Assembly (NCBI RefSeq): GCF_001194135.2
Contig: NC_068992.1
Location: 22,048,391 to 22,088,470, forward strand
From: Octopus bimaculoides
Lineage: Eukaryota
Length of the DNA stretch: 40,080 bases
Direction of reading: 5' to 3'
Under the pieces are notes generated by a model. That model worked only from the letters and a program-made list of their open reading frames with translations. It had not been told where the DNA came from and ran no database searches. The translations under genes and the position numbers were made by a program. Positions 23,801 through 33,160 of the stretch are shown one piece after another. How positions within the stretch are numbered: the stretch's first letter is position 1; each line of letters begins with the position of its first letter.

Positions 23801-26800
23801 TTATAACCTATGTGGAAAGAGCAGAATAGCTTCTTCCAGAGAAGACAACCATATCTGGAGAGAACAGAGGCAAGAGGTTGAGGTAGGATTTGTACTTAGA
23901 TCTTGCAAAACCCTCACCAGTAATGACGGCCCAAACAGACCCATGGGTTGGAGATCTGTTACCTGAGAGGTGCAAAGGTGTCATCTGCCAGATGTAGTAG
24001 GGGATCACCAGCAAATGGTGGATGCAATGATGCTCTGGTACAGCACATGCCTCCATACGACTACTACTACTGCTACTGCTACTGCTGCTGCTATTACTAC
24101 TACTACTACTTTATTTTTACTTCTTATCAAATCTTAATCATCCAAATGACAAGAGAAATACAATAACAGCTAACCAAAAGGTACTTCACAGCAAAAGCAT
24201 TCTTGTAGTGACTCCTGTAAAATGGTTTACACACTCTGTGAAATGGTTGGCATGAGGAAGGGCATCTGGCCATAGAATCCATGCCCCGGCAAGCATTGGA
24301 GCTCAACAGAGCCCTGTTGTGTCTTTCTACCATGAAATATTCAATTTAATTTCCTTGAAATGTTTAAATCTGAATTACAGTCACAGCAAGCCACTGAGAA
24401 AGCAAAAGAAGAAAACTTAAAAATGAAGGAGAAACTTGCTGAAGAAAGGAAAAAAGAGAAAGAAAAAAAGAAAAAAGTAGGTTGTTTTTTTTCATCGGAA
24501 TACCTTTTTGTTATTATTATTCTGAGTTCAAATTGCACCGAGATCGACTTTGCCTTTCATCCTTTTGGGGTCAATAAATTAAGTACCAGTGAAACATTGG
24601 GGTTCATGTAATTGACTAGTCCCCCCTCCCCAGAAAAAAATTCAGGCCTTGTGCCTTTAGAAGAAAGGATTATAATTATTATCATTATAGACGTTGCCCA
24701 GTATACAATATAGTGAGGCTGTTAATTGAAGATATTGTATCTGCTGGGGGTTTGTACTGTTTGTCAAGTCACAACAAGGACCTCAGACAGACAATACTTT
24801 ATGTAATATGTGTGCAGTTCCAAGTAATGCCGACTTTTGCGATACATCTAGATTGTAGGGTATCTCTAAGGTTTGCAGATGTTTTTTTCAGATTGAGTGG
24901 TATTGAACCTGATGCTCCAATGACAATGTTCAACTCTTGTAGCTGCCACATCTTAGAGATTTCAATTCTCAGGTCTCCATATTTATCAACTTTTTTTCTT
25001 TATTATTATTATTATTATTATTATTATTTTTGGATAGGACATACTCAAGATTCAAATGTGATGATTGGCAATAAGCCATTCAAGTGGGTCTGGTCATTTA
25101 AGTATTTTGGAAGTACAGTAAACTTTAAGAGTACTCTTGATGGTGAAATTTATGTGAAAATATCTAAGATTACAAATGCTTTTGGAAAACTTTTCTATTG
25201 AGAGCAGGATGACCATGGTGTCAGTTTGAAAACTAAAACAAGTGTATACAAATCTTGTATTTTGAGCACACTTTCATGCAGGGCAGAAGCATGGTCTCCC
25301 TACTACACACATATAAAGAAACCATTTGCATGTGCTGTGTGCACAATATCTGCAATAAAAAAAGCAAGATAAGAAATCAAATGTCAACATTTTAGTAAAA
25401 TGTGATATCTCCAGGACTGAAAGCATGCTTTTGAGAATTCAGTGCAGATGGGCAGGACATGTTTGAATATTAGATGATTGCATTCTGAAAATTCTTTTGT
25501 ATGGGCAACAAGCAGAGGGATTCTGTGGTAAAGGATGACCTATCCTCATGTATAAGGATCGGTTGAAGCAATCACTGTAATCCCTACGGCTTAATTTAAC
25601 ATCTTGGGAAAATGATGGCCTGGATTGATCTGAGTGGTGTAAAATGTGTTATGATGCATCAGTGGAAGAAGCAATGACAAAAGAATTATATCCTGCAATC
25701 AACAGACACATTTGTCCAATTCCAGCCAAAATCAAAATCACGATTGTCCTCATTGTGACTTCACAACAAAATCTGTACCGAATCTGAAAAGACATTCACA
25801 CATCTATCACTAATAGATGCAGCTTCTTTTATTTTGGATTCTTTTTTTTAAAAAAACCTTTCCTTCAAACACTCATGTTGAAGTCAATGTGAGTGACCAT
25901 CATTATTATTGTAATTATTATTCCACTGAGTTCGACTTTGCCTTTCATCCTTTATGGTCGATAAATTAAGTACCAGTGAAACATTGGGGTGAATTTAATC
26001 AACTGGTCCCCCTCCCCACAAATTTCAGGCTTTGTGCTTTTAATAGAAAGTATTATTATTGTAATCATATTTATTGTAATCATTATTATTACAAGTCTCC
26101 CCAAAACTCAAGAATCTTTCTTAGAATTGTTGCAGAATACAGGATTGCATTTTTCTACAGGTCAAGACTGCATGTCTCAGTTCCAATAAAATCCTCTCTC
26201 AATACTTTGGTTAGCTTGGGGCCAAAGTAGAAGACATTTGCCCAAGATACCATGGTGTGGGATTGAACTTGAAACCATGCAGTTGAGAAGCAAACTTCTT
26301 AACCATAGGGACATACCTGCACCTAATATATAAACATAAAGCACATGACTCAGTGGTTAGACCATTGGGCTTGCAATCATGAGGTAATGAGTTTGATTCC
26401 CGGACCGGGCTGCGTGTTGTGTTCTTGAGCAAGACACTTTATTTCATATTGCCTCCAGTTCACTGTGCTGTAGAAATGAGTTGCGGCATCACTGGTGCCA
26501 AGCTGTATCAGTCCTTGCCTTTCCCTTGGATAACACTGGTGGCAGGGAGAGGGGAGGCTGGTATGCATGGGTAACTGCTGGCCTTTCATAAAACAACCTT
26601 GTCCAGACTTGTGCCTCGGAGGGGAACGTTTCTAGGTGCAATCCCATTGTCATTCATGACCAAAGGGGGTCTTAAGTTACTTCCTTCATTGTTCTGTTTT
26701 TCAGTTAGAACTGCGGAAATATGTTCAAGAATACAGAGAAGCTAAAAGCAGGGAACTAATGGAACTGAAGAGACAAGAAGAACGGCAAGAAATGATTGAA

Positions 26801-26878
26801 GCTGAGGCCCGGCGCAGATTTGCTTCTTTGGAAGTTGTTCGATTCAGAGAAATGGTATTTTGTCACTCTGGCTGACCT

Positions 26879-26917
<39 letters not shown>

Positions 26918-27358
26918 ATGTATTGTGAGTAACTTGGCAAACTCATGAGACCCAGTATCATGAAAAAAAGCATCAGTACACACTGCGAAGTGATTGGTGT
27001 TAGGAAGGGCATCTAGTCATAGAAACCATGCCAATACCAGAGCTCAATGCTTGGACACATCAGATCCTGTCCAATTGTTCATTGCATACCAACATGGGAA
27101 AAAATATCAAATGAAGATGAGGATGATGATGATGATGATGTGTGTACGTATGTACTTAGGTGCATGTATATATATATATATATAGGTGCAGGAGTGGCTG
27201 TGTGGTAAGTAGCTTGCTTACCAACAACATGGTTCCAGCTTCAGTCCCACTGTGTGGCACCTTGGGCAAGTGTCTTCTACTGCAGCCTTGGGCCGACCAA
27301 AGCCTTGTGAGTGGATTTGGTCGACAGAAACTGAAAGAAGCCCGTCGTATATGTGTGA

Positions 27359-27390
<32 letters not shown>

Positions 27391-29284
27391 ATGAGTGCGT
27401 TTGTTTCTTTGTGTGTGTGTGTCTGTGTTTATCCCCCCACCATCGCTTGACAACCAATGTTGGTGTGTTTATGTCCCTGTAACGNNNNNNNNNNNNNNNN
27501 NNNNNNNNNNNNNNNNNNNNNNNNNNNNNNNNNNNNNNNNNNNNNNNNNNNNNNNNNNNNNNNNNNNNNNNNNNNNNNNNNNNNNNNNNNNNNNNNNNNN
27601 NNNNNNNNNNNNNNNNGAATAACTACTAGGCTTATAAAGAATAAGTCCTGGGGTTGATTTGCTCGACTAAAGGCGGTGCTCCAGCATGGCCACAGTCAAA
27701 TGACTGAAACAAGTAAAAGAGTAAAGATATATATATATATCATCATCATCATCATCGTCATCAGTTAATGTTCGTTGTCCATGCTGGCATGGGTTGGGCA
27801 GTTTGACCAGAGCTAGCTAGCTGGGAAGCTGCACCAGACTCCAGTCTGATTTGGCATGGTTTCTATGGCTGGATGCCCTTCACAACACCAAACACTTTAC
27901 AGAGTGTAATGGGTGGTTTAAGGTGGCACATGTGTATGTGTGTGTATGCACATGTGTATAGGTATATATATATGTGTGTGTGTATATATACAAATATACA
28001 TATACATACATTCATATAATGTATATATATGTAATCTTGCTTTTTCAAAAGGATCGATTGAAAACTGCTAAGAAAATTGAGAAAGCAAAACAAAAAGAAG
28101 AAATGGCTGAAAGAAAAGAGAAACGTTTAGAATCTCTGAGAAAACAGGTGAGTCTTTTTGGAATTTCCAGAATGGTTCTGATGTAAAGTATTTGGTTGGT
28201 TCTGATGAAATGTTCTGACTGAGCTTTGGTGACTGCTGTGTGATTACAGGTGGAGGTAGAAGTCCAGCGTGATCCAAGTCGACTCTTTCAGCCAACTGCT
28301 GGATGGAAGGAAAGATTAAAAGATAACACCTCTAGCAATGTTACAGTTCCTTTACAGCAAATACCTCACAGGTAAAAATCTGTTTACATTCATTTAATTT
28401 AAAAGTTATTGTTGTTGTGTTGGAGTTAGTCTGATTACAGGTGACATGGTTTATCATTTCATTTTGTAAAACATACATATATACATACATACATACATTG
28501 TTGTTGTTGGCACTCCGTCGCTTACGATGTTGAGGGTTCCAGTTCATCCGATCAACGGAACATCCTGCTCATGAAATTAACGTGCAAGTGGCTGAGCACT
28601 CCACAGACACGTGTACCCTTAACGTAGTTCTCGGGGATATTCAGTGTGACACAGTGTGACCCTTTGGATTGCAGGCACAACAGAAACAGGAAGTAAGAGT
28701 GAGAGAAAGTTGTGGTGAAAGAGTACAACAGGGTTTACCACCATCCCCTGCCTGAGCCTGGTGGAGCTTTAGGTGTTTTCGCTCAATAAACATTCACAAC
28801 GCCCGATCTGGGAATCAAAACCGTGATCCTATGACCGCGAGCCTGCTGCCTGAACCACTGGGCCATTGTGCCTCCACACATACATGCTTGAAATTTCCAG
28901 AAAAACAAAAGACGAAGACAGGTGTATAAACAACAAGCAGGTGTATTAGTTTGACGCTCAGGAAGGTGAGAAAGTCTTTTATGTTTCGAGCCTACACTCT
29001 TCAGCAGAAAGGAACATGAGGAAATAAACAGAGAGAGAATAATAAAAACTTGTGGATTTAACAGTCAATCACATATATACATACATGTGTGCATAGACAC
29101 ACACGTTACTGTTAATTATATTCTTGTTAAAGAATAATAAATTTGTACTTTACCAGATGTATTAAGTAATCCCTCAGTTTAGTATAAAATTGTTTTTATC
29201 ATAACATAAACACACACACATGTAAAGAAATCTATTTTGTTATTTTCCAGAGCTATACCTTCATGGCGTGCTGGTCTTTACTGA
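496..29284 (+). CDS. CCDC112: Coiled-coil domain-containing protein 112 gene, 14 coding exons, ~473 aa (477 aa if ATG 484 is used)
   Basis: join(496..501,7264..7337,11928..12049,12836..12925,13179..13254,14998..15193,17173..17259,20262..20411,23078..23200,24381..24476,26705..26854,28052..28147,28250..28371,29251..29284) = 1422 nt, open frame, all introns GT-AG. Motifs LPPEVANFD, GGHQGGWDDYDH, LPGRCTEDVEQH, RDPSRLFQPTAGWKER and IPHRAIPSWR match recalled human CCDC112 (LPEEVLDFE, GGRQGAWDDYDH, LPGKTQDEVQQH, RDPSRLYKPTKGWEER, IPHRAIPTWR). Confidence 0.93.
1240..1490 (+). mobile_element. SINE family A, 5'-truncated
   Basis: Body and tail ...GACTAAAGGCGGTGCTCCAGCATGGCCGCAGTCAAATGACTGAAA. Confidence 0.8.
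2224..2583 (-). mobile_element. tRNA-headed element (family E) with hammerhead-like motif and inverted tail copy
   Basis: Head GGGCATATGGCGTAGTGGTTAA...GAGATCGATTCC, (AAT)n, then CTGATGA-GGCTG/CAGCC-AAAAC; second copy at 19658-19955 (+). Confidence 0.75.
2281..2324 (-). ncRNA. Minimal type I hammerhead ribozyme relic (G12 to A)
   Basis: ACAC-CTGATGA-A-GGCTG(gagggtgtat)CAGCC-AAA-ACGT-T-GTGC. Confidence 0.55.
3200..3350 (-). mobile_element. SINE family A, degenerate 5' half
   Basis: Similarity to other copies. Confidence 0.65.
3735..4010 (-). mobile_element. hAT-family transposase relic
   Basis: ..SNHDSR*LVPVIIHFFDWKNG..LIDLKNTSNKTAEAI..KCFVVIRDNC resembles the hAT D-SNH..P...YFD..G...DN core; contains stops. 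Confidence 0.55.
4060..4960. mobile_element. RTE-type LINE relics: 4060-4430 (-) and 4560-4960 (+)
   Basis: DSFKCL..CYLGDLIS on minus; LRVKG..ETW-like and GRPRKTW-like downstream region on plus; heavily mutated. Confidence 0.5.
4987..5288 (-). mobile_element. SINE family A
   Basis: Head at 5288, head-to-head with the next copy. Confidence 0.8.
5366..5758 (+). mobile_element. SINE family A, full length
   Basis: Head, microsatellite, body and GTAAAAGA tail. Confidence 0.85.
5975..6385 (+). mobile_element. Penelope-like reverse transcriptase relic
   Basis: GFY*DDGLFIL, FFKQYGLKIA..TTVVNFLDITF, HKPNQ..YIH match the PLE RT GLYRDDGL / VNFLDVT / KPN..YIH pattern; frameshifts and stops. Confidence 0.7.
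6908..6950 (+). ncRNA. Hammerhead ribozyme relic (G12 to A)
   Basis: GCCT-CTGATGA-GAACC(catcaa)GGTTC-AAA-AATTGATT-A-GGGT. Confidence 0.5.
7065..7233 (+). mobile_element. RTE-type 3' tail (…CCATGTCAGCATGGAAAACGGATGTTAAAGGATGATGAT)
   Basis: Same tail at about 1600-1727, 16560-16800, 26880-27138 (+) and 2040-2215, 4438-4555, 12112-12330, 27740-27915, 30770-30990 (-). Confidence 0.6.
7264..7337 (+). CDS. CCDC112: CCDC112 exon 2 (TLTVNPALASKKVDLKKELQKLRAQ)
   Basis: tcttcag acceptor, CA|gtaagt donor, phase 0 to 2. Confidence 0.8.
7380..7592 (-). mobile_element. tRNA-derived SINE family B (head GGTGAGCTGGCAGAA; central GGTCGACTTTGCCTTTCATCCTTTCGGGGTCGATAAATTAAGTACCAG)
   Basis: About 12 copies or fragments in the window; central segment resembles the MetaSINE Meta domain as I recall it. 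Confidence 0.75.
8540..8740. repeat. (CTAT)n/(CCAT)n mosaic microsatellite
   Basis: Direct inspection. Others: (TC)n 1138-1182, (GAT/GGT)n 16815-16880, (CAT/CGT)n 20590-20700, (CTA/CTG)n 24058-24110, (CA)n 39095-39134, many (TA)n. Confidence 0.9.
9880..10240 (+). mobile_element. SINE family A, near full length
   Basis: Similarity to 5366-5758. Confidence 0.8.
10495..10829 (-). mobile_element. SINE family A 3' half with repeated tail, runs into gap
   Basis: TTTCAGTCATTTGACTGCGG occurs twice. Confidence 0.8.
11345..11810 (-). mobile_element. Two adjacent SINE family A copies (11345-11517, 11560-11810)
   Basis: Similarity to other copies. Confidence 0.75.
11928..12049 (+). CDS. CCDC112: CCDC112 exon 3 (FLTIQRERDVILYGKRVSNRKEFLPLQEVDKKSNEEIKAEK)
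   Basis: tttccag acceptor, gtacgt donor, phase 2 to 1; aligns without gaps to recalled human VINMEKDK...SRKTER. Confidence 0.88.
12510..12771. mobile_element. Tc1/mariner (pogo/Tc2-like) MITE fragment
   Basis: Right end reverse complement TACCGTAAATCCTCGAGTATAATCCGCAC followed by TA; left end unclear. Confidence 0.5.
12836..12925 (+). CDS. CCDC112: CCDC112 exon 4 (HMLKQNLAKIQSMVSQFRKEMKMIRPSPEF)
   Basis: ttctag / gtaagt, phase 1 to 1; LAKI and RPSPEF resemble human LAKI and KPTPDF. Confidence 0.92.
13179..13254 (+). CDS. CCDC112: CCDC112 exon 5 (VEKLKNVMEETEQSLSEFKENQRKS)
   Basis: poly-T caaag / gtacaa, phase 1 to 2; resembles VEKLREMMEEIENAINTFKEEQR. Confidence 0.92.
13290..13655 (-). mobile_element. 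SINE family A, degenerate
   Basis: Tail, body and head recognisable. Confidence 0.65.
14998..15193 (+). CDS. CCDC112: CCDC112 exon 6 (YEELMKEEK...LPPEVANFD)
   Basis: ttcttcag / gtaagg, phase 2 to 0; within ORF 14945..15226. Confidence 0.93.
15230..15520 (-). mobile_element. SINE family A 3' half with duplicated tail
   Basis: Similarity to other copies. Confidence 0.7.
15524..16040. repeat. Direct tandem repeat, period about 350 bp, TRIM-like
   Basis: 15524-15723 is homologous to 15880-16039. Confidence 0.7.
16060..16481 (-). mobile_element. SINE family A 5' half interrupted by a SINE family B copy (16107-16342)
   Basis: 9-bp direct repeat TAAGTTTCT at 16098-16106 and 16343-16351 flanks the insert. 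Confidence 0.8.
17173..17259 (+). CDS. CCDC112: CCDC112 exon 7 (KYVLQNGGHQGGWDDYDHETFLRYRIKYK)
   Basis: ttttcag / gttaag; family signature GGxQGxWDDYDH. Confidence 0.95.
17350..18050 (+). mobile_element. Three tandem SINE family B copies separated by (ATT)n
   Basis: Copies at about 17350-17560, 17597-17810 and 17860-18050. Confidence 0.8.
18075..18450 (-). mobile_element. RTE LINE 3' end relic
   Basis: ..RWK*ATS*GGIQQ..QGLAWNSEGKWKRGCPKITG resembles RWRWIGH..QALTWNPQGKRKRGRPK. Confidence 0.65.
18990..19600 (-). pseudogene. Merlin (IS1595/ISXO2-like) transposase relic
   Basis: IQIDEARFAG*RKYN*GR and GSVIHSDEWPAY..TVNH..VDPGTGAHTQAIE; several stops. Confidence 0.85.
19658..19955 (+). mobile_element. 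Family E element, second copy
   Basis: Same order: inverted tail piece, tRNA-like head, (AAT)n, hammerhead-like motif, tail. Confidence 0.75.
19863..19906 (+). ncRNA. Minimal type I hammerhead ribozyme relic
   Basis: ACAC-CTGAAGA-A-GGCTG(gagggtacat)CAGCC-GAA-ATGT-T-ATGT. Confidence 0.55.
20262..20411 (+). CDS. CCDC112: CCDC112 exon 8 (KKKTFLEQVLPALPGRCTEDVEQHIVWYEQYL...KGLKL)
   Basis: aatacag / gtgagt, 50 codons. Confidence 0.93.
21478..21722 (+). mobile_element. SINE family A, young-looking copy, runs into gap
   Basis: CpGs retained. Confidence 0.85.
22668..22856 (+). mobile_element. SINE family B
   Basis: Well-preserved head and core; further fragments at about 1010-1130, 24490-24670, 25920-26050 (+) and 37090-37240 (-). 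Confidence 0.8.
23078..23200 (+). CDS. CCDC112: CCDC112 exon 9 (KEKQSSKEIF...IQLQQWK)
   Basis: ttgatag / gtaaat, 41 codons, coiled-coil composition. Confidence 0.88.
24381..24476 (+). CDS. CCDC112: CCDC112 exon 10 (SQQATEKAKEE...KEKEKKKK)
   Basis: ttacag / gtaggt, 32 codons. Confidence 0.88.
24690..25815 (+). mobile_element. RTE-BovB-like LINE 3' part with C-terminal zinc finger, degenerate
   Basis: FKYFGSTVN, TKTSVYKSCILSTL..AEAW, RWAGHV, LLYGQ, CPHCDF..LKRH; interrupted by (TAT)n near 25000. Confidence 0.85.
26170..26325 (-). mobile_element. SINE family A, degenerate 5' half
   Basis: Similarity to other copies. Confidence 0.6.
26340..26675 (+). mobile_element. tRNA-derived SINE family C
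   Basis: Head GCACATGACTCAGTGGTTAGA...GAGTTTGATTCCC; homologous copies at 2803-3137 (-) and 14013-14395 (-). Confidence 0.8.
26705..26854 (+). CDS. CCDC112: CCDC112 exon 11 (LELRKYVQEY...VVRFREM)
   Basis: ttttcag / gtattt, 50 codons; RFRE resembles human RFQE. Confidence 0.9.
27185..27722 (+). mobile_element. SINE family A, full length across a gap
   Basis: Head at 27185, tail at 27722. Confidence 0.85.
28052..28147 (+). CDS. CCDC112: CCDC112 exon 12 (DRLKTAKK...RLESLRKQ)
   Basis: tttcaaaag / gtgagt, 32 codons. Confidence 0.9.
28250..28371 (+). CDS. CCDC112: CCDC112 exon 13 (VEVEVQRDPSRLFQPTAGWKER...QIPHR)
   Basis: ttacag / gtaaaa; RDPSRL signature. Confidence 0.95.
28498..28877 (-). mobile_element. 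tRNA-derived SINE family D with (CAA)n tail
   Basis: Head GTGGAGGCACAATGGCCCAGTGGTT; second copy at 34385-34647 (-). Confidence 0.8.
28976..29011 (-). ncRNA. Hammerhead ribozyme relic in a Penelope-type repeat (about 28890-29050)
   Basis: CTTT-CTGCTGA-A-GAG(tgtagg)CTC-GAA-ACAT-A-AAAG. Confidence 0.45.
29251..29284 (+). CDS. CCDC112: CCDC112 exon 14 (AIPSWRAGLY*)
   Basis: ttttccag acceptor, TGA 29282-29284; resembles human AIPTWRQG. Confidence 0.92.
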
Positions 29285-29410
29285 TCAATGAATCAACGAA
29301 ATGTGTAAAGAACTGAATATGATATTTAAAGAGGAGGATGCTGCTTATTTTTTGGTGTTTCTGTACAAGGCTACTTCACCTAAAGAAGTCCTTAACGAAG
29401 CAGTATTCCT

Positions 29411-29416
29411 AATAAA
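29411..29416 (+). terminator. Candidate polyadenylation signal of CCDC112
   Basis: First AATAAA after the stop codon, about 125 nt downstream. Confidence 0.45.
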
Positions 29417-30416
29417 ATTTCAAGTGTCATCGTTAACTCCAGAGTGATACTTGCCACATGAAGATTATTAAGATGGTGGACATTGGAAACATGTAGAATT
29501 AAGGAAACTAGGTGCAGATAAAGGCCTGAGAATGGACTGAAAGTTATGGCTGTGTAAGGGACGACCGTGCGAACTCATAAAAGGAGAAATGGTGACGAAT
29601 GGAAAAACAGAGGACTCCTTTTATTTAAACGCGTCACACGGTCGAACACACAATAATATATCGAAGATGATATACTAATATGTTATGCGACGATAACATA
29701 GATGACCAGTAATGAAAGACCACAACCGTATAAGATGAATAACAGATATATTTATTGTAGCGTTAAAGATGTATGTCTGTGTGAGAGTGTGAATGCGACA
29801 TATAAGAACATAATCAAAGACAGGCCGTCGTACAAAGAAAAGTATGTATGTGAGTGATACATGTATGTGTATGTGTATTATTACAGCAGNNNNNNNNNNN
29901 NNNNNNNNNNNNNNNNNNNNNNNNNNNNNNNNNNNNNNNNNNNNNNNNNNNNNNNNNNNNNNNNNNNNNNNNNNNNNNNNNNNNNNNNNNNNNNNNNNNN
30001 NNNNNNNNNNNNNNNNNNNNNNNNNNNNNNNNNNNNNNNNNNNNNNNNNNNNNNNNNNNNNNNNNNNNNNNNNNNNNNNNNNNNNNNNNNNNNNNNNNNN
30101 NNNNNNNNNNNNNNNNNNNNNNNNNNNNNNNNNNNNNNNNNNNNNNNNNNNNNNNNNNNNNNNNNNNNNNNNNNNNNNNNNNNNNNNNNNNNNNNNNNNN
30201 NNNNNNNNNNNNNNNNNNNNNNNNNNNNNNNNNNNNNNNNNNNNNNNNNNNNNNNNNNNNNNNNNNNNNNNNNNNNNNNNNNNNNNNNNNNNNNNNNNNN
30301 NNNNNNNNNNNNNNNNNNNNNNNNNNNNNNNNNNNNNNNNNNNNNNNNTGTGGGGTATGAGTTGATCTATTTATAGCGTTAAGAGGGCTCCCAGATGGCT
30401 TCAGAATTTTACTCTA

Positions 30417-30513
30417 TCACATGACCTTATTAGGGGCCGTGATTGGTCAGTTTGCGTTCTGGCGGGAAAGGTTCGAAGAATTTGCCGATTCGAATAATAA
30501 TCAGTCACGTGAT
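30417..30513. promoter_or_regulatory. Promoter-like motif cluster: E-box ATCACATGAC, inverted CCAAT, E2F site TGGCGGGAAA, E-box GTCACGTGAT
   Basis: Four consensus motifs within 100 bp in a locally CpG-rich stretch. Confidence 0.55.
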
Positions 30514-31379
30514 GACAAGGTTAATGTTTTCCCTACGTTCGCATTTGTTTATATTTAAATGAGAAGAATGGCGATAGCAGTTTTGTATCTAATGGCGATA
30601 GGTATTAGAGACGATAGGTAGTTTCACTACAGCTGTAACTTAAGTGACCATTGGAAAAGATCTTCTTCTTTATCTCTTGTCACCTCTATTTTTGTCATCT
30701 CATCCTAAGCATTTGATACCACACATCCTTCTCAAAACAGTCTTTGAGAATTACATCATCCACCACCATCACCATCGTCATCATCATCATTATCATTCAA
30801 TGTCAATTTTCCATGCCAATGTGGGTCAGATGTTTTGATAGAATTTGGTGAGCCTCGGGGCCAAATCAAGCTGCAATATCAGCTTTGGCCTATTTTCTAT
30901 GGCTCGACGTCCTTCCTCGTGTCATTCCCTTCAGACTGTGTACTGGGTGCTTTTTACACATGCCGCCAGCACTAGTAATGTTGCCAGGTAACACAACAAG
31001 ATAAGAAAAGAACAGGAAAAGAAAGGAAAAGAAATGGCTCCTTTAACTAAAGTAGGTGGGGTTGTATTTGTAGGGAGACAGAAGTTATACCAGGTGTTGA
31101 GAAGCTAAAATATGATAGATAGATAGATAAGCTCAGGTGTCTCATTATTTTTAATGTTAACCCCAACCACCAGCCTGAAACAACACAAACTAATCGTTTC
31201 TAGCTGGTGTTTGCACTTTGTGAGAACCAAATGGCTACGTATTCAGTGGTTATTTCATTTGAAGAGTTAGTTGTATAATTGTGTATTGACTATAGTGATC
31301 TTGCTGTTTTGATGCCAACTTGCCTGAGACTGCCTTTGGTTTTTTTTCTGGTTGAAAATCTTCCTGGGCTTTAAATTAA

Positions 31380-31598
31380 CCCTTAAGCTTTTAAACCGGC
31401 TTTATCTGGCTCAAATATTCGACCTATTTTATGTTAAAAGTGGCCAGTGTGGCCTCTCACACTTACCCTATGATGTCATTTTATAAGTTAACAATCACAT
31501 CATTGAAATCTTGAAGTTATGAGATAATGCAAAATTAATTCAAAACAATGTGAATAAATAAGCATTACATTTAACAGAATAATCTGAAAGCTAAAGGG
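31380..31598. mobile_element. piggyBac-type MITE
   Basis: TTAA|CCCTTAAGC...GCTAAAGGG|CTAA; partial inverted copy at about 38977-39083. Confidence 0.7.
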
Positions 31599-31924
31599 CT
31601 AAAATCTCCCGTCAAAATACAGGGTGGCCCACAAGTTGTAAAGGGGTCTGAAATTTTAATAAATTTGTCTTAATTACATTTTTTATTTGTAATTTACAAG
31701 ATGTGATTTTTCATACCTAACATACATATATTTCCTATATATAAACTGTATATGGTGCTAAGGTATTATAAATTAATCATCACACCTTTATGATTTTGGG
31801 GCCAACCTGGATAATGTTAATTTATGTTCTAAACACAAGCTTAATAATAACAAAGTTATTTTTAGTAAATTCTTCTTTAATTTCAAAATTAATTGAAATC
31901 ATCAACCTGGTAACCTCTCTGTGT

Positions 31925-32330
31925 CCAGGGGATCAGTTTGCTGAGACCCTCCTGTGTGCTTCTTGGATATAATTGTTTCCAGTTCATTCTTTACTGTTGT
32001 CAGTCCACAAATGTCTTTGACAACCTCTTGCTCTCTTCCCCTTCTCACTTCCTCTCAAGATGGCCTTGGGCAATGGCTTGTGGTGCACTATTTGTCCAAA
32101 ATATGATAGCTTTGTGGACTTGATTCAGTCAGTGTATTTAGTCTCAGTTTTTCTTGTACTGCAGCATTTTTCACTCTGTCTTTCCAGCTTATTTTACTCA
32201 ATCAGTGAAACATCCACATCTGAAACACATCTACCTTCTTTTGCATTGCTCTGTAGATTGTCCAAGTTTCTGCCTTGGAGATGGCAACCAGCATAATGTA
32301 ACAGTTTATTTTGACAGAATTGTGATGACA
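31925..32330 (-). mobile_element. LINE (RTE-type) 3' relic
   Basis: KAETWTIYRAMQKKVDVFQMWMFH*LSKISWKDRVKN matches the ETWT..KKLDAFEMW..ISWKDRV pattern. Confidence 0.75.
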
Positions 32331-32617
32331 AAATGACTGGTGATACTTCATTGCATGAATCTTTATCATTCTGGCTTCATTTGTCAGTGGATAACACTGG
32401 ATAATGATGGTAAAAGCTTGCAGTGGTTAGAGCAAAAAACCTGCACTGATTGTGTCATTAAATAAGTTTCTATTCTTTGAAAGGTGTTGTTCTTCTCTTT
32501 GGTGATTATCAAGAGTAATAATCCATGGATTATCAATCTCAGTGCAGGATGTCTGATCTATCTTTTGTGACTTGAGGTCCAGTGCCAGTTCATCAGAATT
32601 TATTGCTGATTACTGAC

Positions 32618-33160
32618 CAATGTGTCTAGATTTTGTCTTTCAGTGGAAAAGACACAAATGTAATAATGAAGTATTTCTTCTTGAAAAACCAGACCATTTG
32701 TGATTAAGCTTTTGGTTAACTTCTTAGATTAAATAGAAGGAAGTATAGAAATATTTTTTTTTAATTAAAAGAAATAAAATTTATTCCACTACACAACTGG
32801 TTGTATATGTCTGTCTTTGCATTTTTTTTTTATTTAATCCTATACAAATCATCATCATCCTCATCATCTTCTTATTTCTGTTTTGTGTCTGCTTGCATGA
32901 AGTGCAATTACATTAAAGGAACATGCATCTGCAAAGCAATGAAAAATCACACAAGTCCTGCCAAAAGGAAGAAATCAAATAACAGGAGAAAAAAGGCTTG
33001 ACAATATCAACCTCATCCTCCACCAACATTACCATGCTGTCAAAGCCATCGACTCTTCTATGCAAGAATTGGTCTACAGAATCATCAATGCCATCACCAT
33101 AAAGGAAGCATTCATCAAAGAAGAAATTAAATTCTTGGCTATGAGATAAAGCTGCTACCA
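32618..33160 (-). CDS. Candidate exons of an unidentified gene (33160..33033 and 32722..32618)
   Basis: AG/GT-bounded, phase-compatible frames VAALSHSQEFNFFFDECFLYGDGIDDSVDQFLHRRVDGFDSM + KLTKSLITNGLVFQEEILHYYICVFSTERQNLDTL; no recognised homologue; in-register antisense frame is also open. Confidence 0.3.

Noticed and set aside
26340-26410. tRNA-like sequences (also 2405-2478, 19709-19770, 28810-28877, 34580-34647)
   Set aside because: They run into SINE bodies and lack a complete cloverleaf; SINE heads, not tRNA genes.
32618-33160. Naming the minus-strand exons as Njmu-R1 (C17orf75)
   Set aside because: Only vague resemblance (YYICVF..ERQNLD vs YVVCFL..EKGLE) and no room found for the remaining exons.
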